Assembly: GCA_031388585.1 (NCBI GenBank)
Contig: JANMRU010000141.1
Location: forward strand, 3,160-67,159
Length of the DNA: 64,000 bases
Source: Pseudanabaena sp. SOY_30_concoct_251
GTDB taxonomy: Bacteria > Cyanobacteriota > Cyanobacteriia > Pseudanabaenales > Pseudanabaenaceae
Direction of reading: 5' to 3'
Shown here: one piece after another, positions 38,958-48,280 of the stretch
How the letters are laid out: every line of letters begins with the position of its first letter
Position numbering within the stretch: the stretch's first letter is position 1
The notes under the pieces: model-generated
Databases searched by the model: none
Told to the model about the DNA's origin: nothing
The model's input: only the letters and a program-made list of their open reading frames with translations
Made by a program: the position numbers and the translations under genes

Positions 38958-40616
38958 ATGGTTATACGGAAATTTGGTCTACTAGCTCTAATCTGCGGGA
39001 CGGTCATGGTTGCAGGAAGTCCAGTAGATTCTCTATTTGCACAGGGAAATAATATTCGTTCGGCTGAACCAGTTGTAAGTGCAGCCAGGTTTGTGCCGCC
39101 GCAGGCGTTGATGACAGTTTCGTTTTACCCCGATCGCAAAACATGGTCTCAGCTAGATCGATTTCACACCCCAACTACTAAAAAGCTATTTAATCAAGCG
39201 ATCGCAAGTTTCCAAAGCACAATTCCTCCCAAGTACAATTTTGAACGAGATATCCAACCCTGGTTAGGGAGCATGACGTTTGCAGTTTTACCCAGACCCT
39301 CTTTGAGATCTCAGAATAAAGAAAGTAGTGAATCCAAGTTCTTGTTCTCAATCGAAGTCACAGATCTAGATAGGGCCAACAAATTGATGGAAGCAGTGAA
39401 AATCCATGATGGTTCTAAGGTGACACTACGAGAGGATTATAAAGGGGTTAAAATCATCCAGATTGATTACGACAACGGGAAACAATTCATCTATACATTT
39501 GTTGACAAACATTTAGTATTTGCTGAGCAGGAAGTGGTTTTAAAGCACGCGATAGATACATATAAAAGTAAGGTGTCACTTGCTAGCGTTATTGCTAACG
39601 ATAATCTAGATCTCAAAAATCCAGTTTGCTGGCTTTATATGCATAGTTTGGCAAAATTTGTCAAGCAATATGGAACGGAAGATACCGAAATCCCTGCGGA
39701 ATCTCTCGCTGTCCTGAATTCGATTGAGTCAATAAATTTAGGAGTGGGCATAGACATTGATGGCATCAGACTCAAAGCCTCTACGAAGCTAAAGTCAAAT
39801 TCACCCTACCTAAATGTTTTTAAACCTTTCACAGATAAGATAATTTCACAATTCCCATCTGAAACAATTGGATTGCTCTCTGGCAGTAATATCAAAGCTC
39901 ATTGGCAGCAATTTGTGGGAAGTGTGGAAAGGTTGTCTGAAGTAAAAAACAGCCTGAATGAGTTTAGACAAACGCTTAAATCATCCCCTCTTGCACTCGA
40001 TCTCGATAAAGATATCTTTGGATGGATGGGAGGTGAATTTGCCTTTGCAGGAATTCCCACTCACGGAGAGGGAGAAAGTATATTAGCAATCATAGGCTTC
40101 ACGCCTGTTTTGGTTTTGCAAACTAGCGATCGCCGCGCTACTGAATCTCTACTGAATAAATTAAACACCTTTTTTAAAAATAATTCTGGCTTAGTCGAGA
40201 CTAAAACCATCGGTAGCACTCCTGTAACGCAGTGGATATTCCCAACTGCACCAGAGGCGCTCCTGAGTTATGGTTGGCATAGAAAAGATACGTTATTTAT
40301 AACTGTTGGCGGATCTTTGACAAAAGTACTAGCCTCGAACTCAAAGGAAACTTTGCAGGGCAGTTCAGCATTTAGGGCGATCGCTGGATCGCTCCCTCAA
40401 CCAAATCTCGGCTACTTTTATCTAGATATTGACAAAACCTGGAAGTTGGTTACTGAGAAATATCCAGATTCTGCAAATATTGGCGCCGAAGTCACTGCCA
40501 TACTTAGCAGAGTTCGCGGCATCGGTGTGACCGTCACTGCTCCCGATCGCAATACAACAAAAGTGAAAATGCTACTCTCTCTCAAGCAGCGAGGTTTTGG
40601 GGGTATTTGGTATTAA
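38958..40616 (+). CDS. DUF3352-like protein, paralog of 32001..33725
   Basis: 552 aa with an N-terminal signal or anchor. It shares blocks with the other copy, for example the DIQPWLGSMTFAVLP region. Confidence 0.5.
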   Translation: MVIRKFGLLALICGTVMVAGSPVDSLFAQGNNIRSAEPVVSAARFVPPQALMTVSFYPDRKTWSQLDRFHTPTTKKLFNQAIASFQSTIPPKYNFERDIQPWLGSMTFAVLPRPSLRSQNKESSESKFLFSIEVTDLDRANKLMEAVKIHDGSKVTLREDYKGVKIIQIDYDNGKQFIYTFVDKHLVFAEQEVVLKHAIDTYKSKVSLASVIANDNLDLKNPVCWLYMHSLAKFVKQYGTEDTEIPAESLAVLNSIESINLGVGIDIDGIRLKASTKLKSNSPYLNVFKPFTDKIISQFPSETIGLLSGSNIKAHWQQFVGSVERLSEVKNSLNEFRQTLKSSPLALDLDKDIFGWMGGEFAFAGIPTHGEGESILAIIGFTPVLVLQTSDRRATESLLNKLNTFFKNNSGLVETKTIGSTPVTQWIFPTAPEALLSYGWHRKDTLFITVGGSLTKVLASNSKETLQGSSAFRAIAGSLPQPNLGYFYLDIDKTWKLVTEKYPDSANIGAEVTAILSRVRGIGVTVTAPDRNTTKVKMLLSLKQRGFGGIWY

Positions 40617-40630
40617 ATTGCGAGCTTTAA

Positions 40631-41152
40631 CTATGGAATATCAAATTGGACGTCAAAAGTTTCTTCCCTGATCAGAGAATCTAGTAAACCTTCACAGGCA
40701 TCAAACAACAGGTCGATTACATAATCAAAGCCATCGTCGCCGCCGTAGTAGGGGTCAGGCACTTCGCGGTCGTCAAAGCGACTGCAATAACCACACATCA
40801 GTTGAACTTTGTCCCTATATACGCCCTCAATATCAAGACTGAGAATATCGCGGTAGTTATCTCGATCCATCGCCAGGATCAAATCAAAACTCTCAAAATC
40901 CTCGCGCACAAATTGTCGCGCCGATCCCGTCATCTTAATCCCACGTTTGAGCGCCGCTGCTTGCATCCGACGATCTGGAGACGCGCCAACATGATAGCCA
41001 GCCGTACCTGCCGAGTCACTGATAAAGCGATCGCTCAAGCTAGACCGTGCCACCAGATGATTCATGATATTTTCTGCCGAAGGCGATCGGCAGATATTAC
41101 CCAAACAGACAAATAAAAGTTTCTGCTGCAATTTCAGAGGACTCCTAATCAA
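40631..41152 (-). CDS. Low-molecular-weight protein-tyrosine phosphatase
   Basis: CX5R(S) P-loop VCLGNICRSPSAE and the DPYYG general-acid loop. It overlaps the pyk stop by 4 bp. Confidence 0.9.
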   Translation of the reverse strand: MIRSPLKLQQKLLFVCLGNICRSPSAENIMNHLVARSSLSDRFISDSAGTAGYHVGASPDRRMQAAALKRGIKMTGSARQFVREDFESFDLILAMDRDNYRDILSLDIEGVYRDKVQLMCGYCSRFDDREVPDPYYGGDDGFDYVIDLLFDACEGLLDSLIREETFDVQFDIP

Positions 41153-42909
41153 ACATCTTTCGTAGCAGAACCAGAATATATCAGACCTTTACGCAAATCT
41201 ACAGTAAGGGGTTCGCCATCACGAATATTTTTTGTTGCACCTTCAACCCCAACCATCACTGGGATACCTAATTTACGGCCAATTATGACAGCATGGGAAT
41301 CTAAGCTGTCTTCTTCCGTAACGATCGCTGCTGCTTTACGTATAACTTCAACATAATCCACATCAGTTTGCTTGACGACTAGAATTTCCTTCGGATGGAA
41401 GTCCTTAACATCAAGATAATTATGAGCAACCCGAGCGCGGCCACTGATAACGCCTTGACCAACTCCCAAGCCCTTGCCTACTACAGCGGAGACAAACTCT
41501 ACTTTGATTAAGTCCGTTGAGCCTGCAACACCCTGCAATGTTCCCGCTGTCATAACCACCAGATCGCCTGCTGCCACCAATTTGCGCTCTTGTGCGACAT
41601 TTAAAGCTGCCTCGAAATTTTGACGCGCCGATGGTAAAGAAAGAATCATCAATGGTTGTACGCCCCATACCAACTGTAGCTGACGGGCTACATCCACCTG
41701 TGGAGTAACAGCCACAATGGGGATGGGTGGTCGATATTTGCTAACATTTCGTGCCGTTGCACCAGTTTTAGTCAGGGTTAAAATGGCGGTAGCATCAAGC
41801 TGTACGGCAATTTTGCCGACTGCTTCGCTAATAGCATTGGGGACAGAGCGTCCTTCACTCAGCACTGGATGAAGATTATGCTCTTTCTCAATCCGCTGCG
41901 CAATTCTGTCCATAGTTTCCACAGCCTGAATGGGATACTGACCCACGGCAGTTTCATTGGAAAGCATCACGGCATCAGTACCGTCGAGGATGGCATTTGC
42001 CACATCGGAAATCTCGGCTCTTGTAGGGCGAGGATTGCTGACCATACTATCTAGCATCTGAGTTGCAGTAATCACAGGGATGCCAAGCTGATTTGCAGTT
42101 TTAATCAATCGCTTTTGCAGCAATGGTACATCTTCAGCAGGCACCTCTACACCCAGATCTCCTCTGGCGACCATTACACCATCACAGAGCGATAGAATCT
42201 CTTGCATCTGAGTAATCGCTTCGTGTTTTTCAATTTTTGCGATTACACCCACACTTTTCCCCGAAGGGGCAATTAATTCCTTGAGCTCAAGAATATCCTC
42301 AGGGTTACAAACAAAGCTCAACGCTACCCAGTCAACTCCCTCTGCCAGACCAAACCGCAAATCTTCGCGATCTTTATCGGTCATAGCCTTAACCGATAAA
42401 GAAACATTGGGGAAGTTTACACCCTTGTTGTCAGACAAAACCCCATTCATTACCGCTCGACAATGCAAGCTTTTAGTCTCTGTGTCAACTGATTCCACTT
42501 GCATCTCGACTTTGCCATCATCCAGCATGATTGTGGCTCCGACTGGAACCTCCTCCGCCAGTCTGTTATAGCTAACCGAGCTGATCGTATGGTCGCAGAC
42601 AACATCTCGACTGGTGAGCGTAAACTTATCACCTTTTTTTAAAGAGATTGGACCGCCCGCAAATTTGCCAAGCCGAATTTTTGGCCCTTGTAAATCCTGC
42701 AAAATTGCGACGGGCTGGTTTAGTTCTGAGGATATCTGGCGGATTGTACAAATACTACGATGATGATCGGCATGGGTGCCGTGCGAAAAGTTTAGTCGCA
42801 GCGTTGTTGCACCCGCTTCGATCAATTTACGAATCATTTCAGGGCTGCTAGTAGCAGGTCCGATCGTTGCCACAATTTTGGTGCGGCGAAATGTGTCTCT
42901 TACTGTCAT
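41149..42909 (-). CDS. pyk: Pyruvate kinase with a C-terminal PEP-utiliser mobile domain
   Basis: RRTKIVATIGPA, NFSHG and MVARGDLGVE motifs. The extra C-terminal roughly 100 aa resembles the PEP-utilising-enzyme swivel domain. Confidence 0.95.
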   Translation of the reverse strand: MTVRDTFRRTKIVATIGPATSSPEMIRKLIEAGATTLRLNFSHGTHADHHRSICTIRQISSELNQPVAILQDLQGPKIRLGKFAGGPISLKKGDKFTLTSRDVVCDHTISSVSYNRLAEEVPVGATIMLDDGKVEMQVESVDTETKSLHCRAVMNGVLSDNKGVNFPNVSLSVKAMTDKDREDLRFGLAEGVDWVALSFVCNPEDILELKELIAPSGKSVGVIAKIEKHEAITQMQEILSLCDGVMVARGDLGVEVPAEDVPLLQKRLIKTANQLGIPVITATQMLDSMVSNPRPTRAEISDVANAILDGTDAVMLSNETAVGQYPIQAVETMDRIAQRIEKEHNLHPVLSEGRSVPNAISEAVGKIAVQLDATAILTLTKTGATARNVSKYRPPIPIVAVTPQVDVARQLQLVWGVQPLMILSLPSARQNFEAALNVAQERKLVAAGDLVVMTAGTLQGVAGSTDLIKVEFVSAVVGKGLGVGQGVISGRARVAHNYLDVKDFHPKEILVVKQTDVDYVEVIRKAAAIVTEEDSLDSHAVIIGRKLGIPVMVGVEGATKNIRDGEPLTVDLRKGLIYSGSATKDV

Positions 42910-43025
42910 TTATGGGTTAGGTGCACGTGAATCGAACATACTTAGGGCACATGCAATGAGTGCCTTTCAAGCGGTCTGGTATATTTTTGTCAACAGCTGA
43001 CATACTATCATTCTCTATAGCGCTA

Positions 43026-43115
43026 TATAGCAATCCTTGCTGAAATGCAAATTGGGAGTTTGGGGGACTTTGCCTCCATAAAGGGGTTTCCCCCCTTCAC
43101 CCTTAAACAAATAAA
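43026..43115 (+). mobile_element. MITE-like repeat (family C)
   Basis: tatagcaatccttgctgaaatgcaaattgggag...ggggtttccccccttcacccttaaacaaata aligns with the inverted copy at 18961..19044. Confidence 0.6.
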
Positions 43116-43207
43116 AACTGATCGCTATCCCCATACCTATCCCTATATATGTATATGTTTGTCCGATCGCAAGTATGGCAAAATATAAATGTTGCAAAAT
43201 GTAAAGT

Positions 43208-44230
43208 GTGTTAGTTATCTCCGATCTAGGTAAAGCTATTACCCCGACGGCAATTGCCCTGGGCAATTTTGATGGCGTACATCGAGGTCATCAATGTGTA
43301 ATTGCGCCTGCGATCGCCAATTCTGAAGGGTTAGTTCCTACGGTATTAACTTTCAACCCGCACCCCCAAGAATTTTTTACAGGTACTGCCAGACTTTTAC
43401 TCACACCGATCGCCGAAAAGATCGAGCAGCTTGAGGCATTAGGTGTCCAGCAGTTGGTATTGCTCCCTTTCGATCGGGCGATCGCAGCTTTAACGCCGCA
43501 AGAATTTATGCAGCAAATCTTGATCGACCAACTGCAAGCACGTAAAATCAGCGTTGGCTTTAACTTTCGCTTTGGCTGCAAGCGCTGTGGCTCTGTGGAA
43601 GACTTAAAAGCTATATGGGGCGATCGCGTTAATGTTGTACCCGAGCAACTCATGCACGACAAATTAGATATTGATGGTTCCTCTCCACTCAGGATTAGTA
43701 GTTCTGCCATCCGCGCAGCCTTAATGCAGGGCGAGATCGACATTGCCCAGGTGTTCTTGGGTCGCCCCTACAGCCTGATTGGTAATGTAGTAGCAGGCCA
43801 GCAAATGGGGCGCAAGCTAGGATTCCCCACGGCGAATCTACAGTTAGATCCCCAGAAATTTTTACCTAGAGATGGCGTTTATGCCGTGCAGGTAATGAAT
43901 CTGGCTAATGAGCCAATTGCAGCGGTGATGAATATTGGTGTGCGTCCCACAGTCACTGGGGATCGACAGCGCACCGTAGAAGTACATTTGTTGAACTGGA
44001 GTGGAGATCTCTACGGTCAAAAACTATGTGTAAATTTGGTGAAGTTTCTGCGACCTGAGCAGAAGTTTGATTCATTAGATGCGCTGAAGCAGCAAATTAA
44101 AACAGACTGTGAAATTGCTCTTAGTGGTTCTGCTGCAAGCAAGCCTTTTGAACTAATTGAATTGTGCCACACCTTAACAGAGGTAAATGATGCTGTTACC
44201 TATCTTCCATCCCATAATATTGAGCCATGA
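43208..44230 (+). CDS. ribF: Bifunctional riboflavin kinase / FMN adenylyltransferase
   Basis: ALGNFDGVHRGHQ, and GFPTANL in the kinase half. It has a GTG start, and its stop overlaps the nagA ATG (ATGA). Confidence 0.9.
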   Translation: MLVISDLGKAITPTAIALGNFDGVHRGHQCVIAPAIANSEGLVPTVLTFNPHPQEFFTGTARLLLTPIAEKIEQLEALGVQQLVLLPFDRAIAALTPQEFMQQILIDQLQARKISVGFNFRFGCKRCGSVEDLKAIWGDRVNVVPEQLMHDKLDIDGSSPLRISSSAIRAALMQGEIDIAQVFLGRPYSLIGNVVAGQQMGRKLGFPTANLQLDPQKFLPRDGVYAVQVMNLANEPIAAVMNIGVRPTVTGDRQRTVEVHLLNWSGDLYGQKLCVNLVKFLRPEQKFDSLDALKQQIKTDCEIALSGSAASKPFELIELCHTLTEVNDAVTYLPSHNIEP

Positions 44231-45297
44231 CAGGTTTGCACAGAGTCCTCAGTCCTTCTCAAGGTGCGATCGATCTCCAAATTAACGGAGCACTAGGCAT
44301 TCCTTTTAATGACCTAAATCGCGATCGCGCTGCTAAGTTACCAGAAATTTGTCGTTTTCTATATCAACAGGGCATTGATGGATTTTTACCCACCCTTGTT
44401 ACTACATCAATTGAGCAAACGCATCGATCGCTATTCTTTCTAGCCGCAGCGATCGCCCAACAAAAGCAAAATCCGCAGCCTCTCGAAGCGGAAATTTTAG
44501 GCATACACCTCGAAGGACCTTTTCTCCATGCCGATAAGTGCGGCGCACATCCTCAGCAACATCTATTACCACTTAATCTCGATACGTTACGACAAGTCTT
44601 GGGCGATTACACCAAAATTATTAAACTTGTCACCCTCGCACCCGAACTCGATCCCACAGGTGCAACTATTCAATATTTACGAGATCGCCAAGTTGTCGTT
44701 AGTTTAGGGCACTCTACTGCTAATGCCGAGCAAACAAAAGCAGCGATCTATCAAGGCGCAACAATGGTGACTCATGCCTTTAACGCCATGCCTAGTCTGC
44801 ATCATCGTGATGTTGGTTTATTAGGAGAAGCAATATTAAGCGATCGGGTTTGGTGCGGCTTAATTGCCGATGGTGTTCATGTTTCACCGCAGATGGTCAA
44901 ACTGCTTTATCGGATGACCAACAGAATTTTTCTGGTTAGCGATGCTCTTGCCCCCCTTGGGTTACCCGATGGATCTTACCCTTGGGATGATCGCCTAATT
45001 ACCGTCACCAATGGCACGGCCAGATTACCCGATGGCACCCTCTCAGGGACAACCCTTCCTCTGCTCAAATCCGTCAATAATCTGATCTATTGGGATATTT
45101 GCCCGCCAGAACAGGCAATCAACTCAGCGATCGTAGCTCCCCGTCTTGCCATGAATCTAGCGATCGATTCGGACGCGCCGCAGAGGCTAGCATGGTTTCA
45201 GGACACATTCTCTTGCGCAATGAATCCAGAATTTGCCCCACCTGGTTTTCGGGATGTTCGGTCTTCGCTTGGCTATGAAGTTTTAGAGCAAATATAA
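44227..45297 (+). CDS. nagA: N-acetylglucosamine-6-phosphate deacetylase
   Basis: IDLQINGA, HLEGPFL, LGHS and THAFNAM amidohydrolase motifs. Confidence 0.85.
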   Translation: MTGLHRVLSPSQGAIDLQINGALGIPFNDLNRDRAAKLPEICRFLYQQGIDGFLPTLVTTSIEQTHRSLFFLAAAIAQQKQNPQPLEAEILGIHLEGPFLHADKCGAHPQQHLLPLNLDTLRQVLGDYTKIIKLVTLAPELDPTGATIQYLRDRQVVVSLGHSTANAEQTKAAIYQGATMVTHAFNAMPSLHHRDVGLLGEAILSDRVWCGLIADGVHVSPQMVKLLYRMTNRIFLVSDALAPLGLPDGSYPWDDRLITVTNGTARLPDGTLSGTTLPLLKSVNNLIYWDICPPEQAINSAIVAPRLAMNLAIDSDAPQRLAWFQDTFSCAMNPEFAPPGFRDVRSSLGYEVLEQI

Positions 45298-45442
45298 TTG
45301 GGGATGACCAACTACCTCAATGAGCCACAATACTGATGGTATAGGCTGCCGCAGACTGCGAATTTGTTCTTAGTGCCAACCAACATTGACAGTCCGCGTA
45401 TATTGACTAACAGCACTATGGAATTGGATAAAGTGGAAAAGA

Positions 45443-46627
45443 CTATATCAATCTTCGTTTCACCTGCATACCGATTGCTAGCCCCACCACAATAATAACT
45501 GTGAGGTAGAAAAGCGTAATAAACCTTACGGTTAGAGACGGCGCTACGCCCTCCACTTCAATTTCTTGAGTAACTTGAAAGGGCTGAAATTGCCGAACTC
45601 CTCCTGGCTTTGGCGAGACTTCAACTTCTAACTTGTGCGGTGCTCCATCTAAAAATGTCGCCAGCCATTGCAAATCCCCTGTAGCATTTGGCGATGCTTG
45701 GAAGTCCAGTGCGACCCATTCACCATCAACTGCCGTAGTTTTGACATGCAGAAGTGCATCCGTAACTGGCTGATTAGTCTTGGTGTCGATTACTTGAACC
45801 TTGAAGTTAGCAGGTTGCCCTACGATCGCTTGCTGATCGCCAGCTAGCCTTACTTCTAATCCTTGCGATCGCTTTATACCTGCCTCACTAGTGGCAATAT
45901 TCTGGGCATCAGGATTAGCTTGGTGAGCGACTGAGCCTTGGTCTGTCCCATGTGATTCTGCCATTTCGGCGTTGATATTAACGAATAGTAGAGCGCCAAT
46001 TGCTAGCACCGTCATACCACTTAGCAATAACCTGACTCGCTGAGGTGCGATTTCGCCTGTGGCGACTTGTTGCTTACCACCAATAATCCAGCCTCCACCT
46101 AGTCCCATTACAAGCAAAACGATTGCTAGAATTGCAAAATAGAGATACTTCACACCACTTTCGGGTACATCCAGACTTAAAGTTTGTTGAAATGGTGCAA
46201 ATGCTTGGGCCACTGTAGGGGTGGCGTTTACCTGCAATTGATAGGTGCCGCGAATGGGAAGCATCTGTTGCACTTGCAACTCGCCGTTGGGAGCGATCGC
46301 CTCCACATCTAATAACTTTGTGCCTTCCACATTTGGGAAATCAGTTGTAAACCAGGGTGTTGGAGCTGGGGCAAGAATCTGGAGGTGGATCTTGGCATTG
46401 GTAAGGGGACGACCAGCAGAGTCTAGCGCTTGCAAAGTCAGGCGCGTCGGCGTTGGAGTCACAGCAGCCTCGGCTTCAAAGGGTAAAATTTGGCTGACTG
46501 GCGGTTCGGTGAGCAATCTCACCGTAGACTGTGGCTGGGAAACGATCGCAGAGCGACTGAAAATTAAAGCGACCGCACATGTTAATGCCAAAAAAGCAAT
46601 CGGCTTGATCGATCTGAACTTAAACAT
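45443..46627 (-). CDS. Uncharacterised membrane protein with two tandem (beta-rich periplasmic domain + TM) modules; B12-riboswitch regulated
   Basis: Signal or anchor, domain 1, two TM helices, domain 2, and a C-terminal TM helix. The halves align: LTLQALDSAGRPLTNAKIHLQ with FKVQVIDTKTNQPVTDALLHV, and FAPFQQTLSLDV with FQPFQVTQEIEV. It lies 50 nt downstream of the cbtB-like gene. Confidence 0.6.
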   Translation of the reverse strand: MFKFRSIKPIAFLALTCAVALIFSRSAIVSQPQSTVRLLTEPPVSQILPFEAEAAVTPTPTRLTLQALDSAGRPLTNAKIHLQILAPAPTPWFTTDFPNVEGTKLLDVEAIAPNGELQVQQMLPIRGTYQLQVNATPTVAQAFAPFQQTLSLDVPESGVKYLYFAILAIVLLVMGLGGGWIIGGKQQVATGEIAPQRVRLLLSGMTVLAIGALLFVNINAEMAESHGTDQGSVAHQANPDAQNIATSEAGIKRSQGLEVRLAGDQQAIVGQPANFKVQVIDTKTNQPVTDALLHVKTTAVDGEWVALDFQASPNATGDLQWLATFLDGAPHKLEVEVSPKPGGVRQFQPFQVTQEIEVEGVAPSLTVRFITLFYLTVIIVVGLAIGMQVKRRLI

Positions 46628-46677
46628 ATTAATCCTGGCTTCCTGCTAGTTTTAAATACTGACTCGAATGCTGGCAA

Positions 46678-46872
46678 CTAATGGCAAGCGACAGTTAGGG
46701 TATGGTGACGCAGAGAGTGCATTTGGTCATGTATAGCAGGGTAGGTAGAAAAATAGATAGTCCAGATGATTAAAGCGCACAGCGACACATACAAAGTCGC
46801 TTGCATGGGGACGGATAAAGTAAATCGGGCTAGTTTTTTGGAAAAAGCAGTTTGGGATGCAGTTGTCATCAT
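46678..46872 (-). CDS. cbtB: CbtB-like small membrane protein (putative cobalt transporter subunit)
   Basis: One TM helix and the C-terminal HDQMHSLRHHTLTVACH, which resembles the CbtB His/Cys tail (H.F.HD.RH....CH). I prefer the ATG at 46872, after GAGG. Confidence 0.6.
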   Translation of the reverse strand: MMTTASQTAFSKKLARFTLSVPMQATLYVSLCALIIWTIYFSTYPAIHDQMHSLRHHTLTVACH

Positions 46873-46904
46873 GTACCTCGCAGATGCACTTAAATTACTC
46901 ACTT

Positions 46905-47075
46905 ACTTGGGCGGGCATTCTGACTTTTCAGCAACCAAATTACATAGTGAGGAGTTAGTTAAGAAGCCCTATCACTGCATAACTGGTAACTGAGTCTACA
47001 GTTGCGGGACAGCGTCGGATTTACACCGCTCTTTCCCCGTTACCTCTAGTAGCTGATCCCTACTAGAACCGATAA
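46905..47075 (-). promoter_or_regulatory. Cobalamin (B12) riboswitch
   Basis: The minus strand reads CGGUUC-hairpin(CUAGUAG..CUACUAG)-AGGUAACGGGGAAAGAGCGGUGUAAAUCCGACGCUGUCCCGCAACUGUAG ... AAGUCAGAAUGCCCGCC. That is the conserved core plus a B12-box-like 3' element, about 35 nt upstream of the cbtB ATG. Confidence 0.85.
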
Positions 47076-47131
47076 GCTTGCACATCATATCATGGGGGGC
47101 TGCCCAGGTTTTTAAAGCTTTGTTTACATCG

Positions 47132-47809
47132 TTAATTTAACCTAGGGCAAGCAACGGCTGTTAGTCTTGCGGTTGGACATTGCTGCTCTAAGCATGGCTG
47201 ACTATAGGCAGGATCTGTTTCTGGGGTGGGGTAGGCTTGGCCAAAAACCATTTTGCAACTGAGATCTTCAAAATTTGGGGTCATGGTGAGGGGAATACCA
47301 AATTTTTCGGTAAAAAAGGTTTGGGTAGGCACTTTACACATATTTACGCACATGCCAACGCAGCCGCTGTCCGCGAGGTAACGACATTTTTTGATATTCA
47401 CAGCAGATAGTTGCGATCGCACCGTCCCATCCGCCAAATTGACTTCAGCTTCAGCTATCTCACACGGCCCCACCAACCACTCAAACAATTGGGCTGCAAA
47501 CCACGCATTTAGCACGCACACCAGTCGTGTAGGAGAAGAAAAAGTGCGAATCGCCCAGAGTACTGGAGAGGGTACTAAAGATTGCAGTACTTGAGCCACG
47601 ATTGCTTGCTGCTCTTGGGCATTACGTCCCTGCATAATTTGTTTCGACAAATCCACAAAACCGCCATAGCCACTGACTTTAGTTCCCGTACCCAGAGCTT
47701 GAGACATCTTGCTAGAAAACAGCCAGATAAACAGGCGATCGATGAAATTGTCGTTGTATTCATCACTGAATTTATCTTTGACAACAGTTTGTACGGCTTT
47801 CGGCTGCAT
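47132..47809 (-). CDS. DUF4033 / D27-like (beta-carotene isomerase-like) protein
   Basis: CRYLADSGCVGMCVNMCKVPTQTFFTEKFGIPLTMTPNFEDLSCKMVFGQ matches the D27-family cysteine-rich block. The ATG at 47809 follows GAGGA. Confidence 0.75.
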   Translation of the reverse strand: MQPKAVQTVVKDKFSDEYNDNFIDRLFIWLFSSKMSQALGTGTKVSGYGGFVDLSKQIMQGRNAQEQQAIVAQVLQSLVPSPVLWAIRTFSSPTRLVCVLNAWFAAQLFEWLVGPCEIAEAEVNLADGTVRSQLSAVNIKKCRYLADSGCVGMCVNMCKVPTQTFFTEKFGIPLTMTPNFEDLSCKMVFGQAYPTPETDPAYSQPCLEQQCPTARLTAVACPRLN

Positions 47810-47952
47810 TGCTTTCCTCAAATCAGACTGCCTGGATTCAATCCTAACAATCTTAACTGAATCCCCAGGTGCGAAACAATGTCGGGTTTACACCACATTT
47901 TTCTCTTTGCCCACACTTATCCTAAGGACGATATTCTGTTCAGATCCCTTGA

Positions 47953-48064
47953 TATAGCCAACACCTTATCGTTAGGACAAATTTTAATTGGGTTGAGGGG
48001 GCATTACCCCACGGGAGGGGTTCTACCCCCTAAACCCCGTCCTAACCTAACTGGCATCTGTACA
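47953..48064 (-). mobile_element. MITE-like repeat (family A), copy 3 (inverted, more diverged)
   Basis: The reverse complement aligns along its full length with 16751..16864, including the ggacgggg...ggggtagaacccctc...aattaaaat.tgtcctaacgat blocks. Confidence 0.7.
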
Positions 48065-48280
48065 TGGAAATGAGATCGTCGATTGAGGATTACTCTGCGA
48101 GAAGACGCTTCGCGTCTACGATGCCCCAAAAATCGACACACTATCATCGATTAGTCCCAACATCAAAGATGTAAACCTGTCAGAATGTTGGTAAGTTGAA
48201 CCTGACCTCCAGCTGCTGAGGGTGGAGTCCTATAGCCTCCCGAACCCACCATTTTAATAGATAAAAAGAATAAGAATATA

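Noticed and set aside
43015-43266. An 83-aa minus-strand ORF between pyk and ribF
   Set aside because: It is built from a family C MITE copy and overlaps the ribF start.
46766-46993. A 75-aa plus-strand ORF
   Set aside because: It lies antisense to the cbtB-like gene and the 3' part of the cobalamin riboswitch, so it is a shadow ORF.
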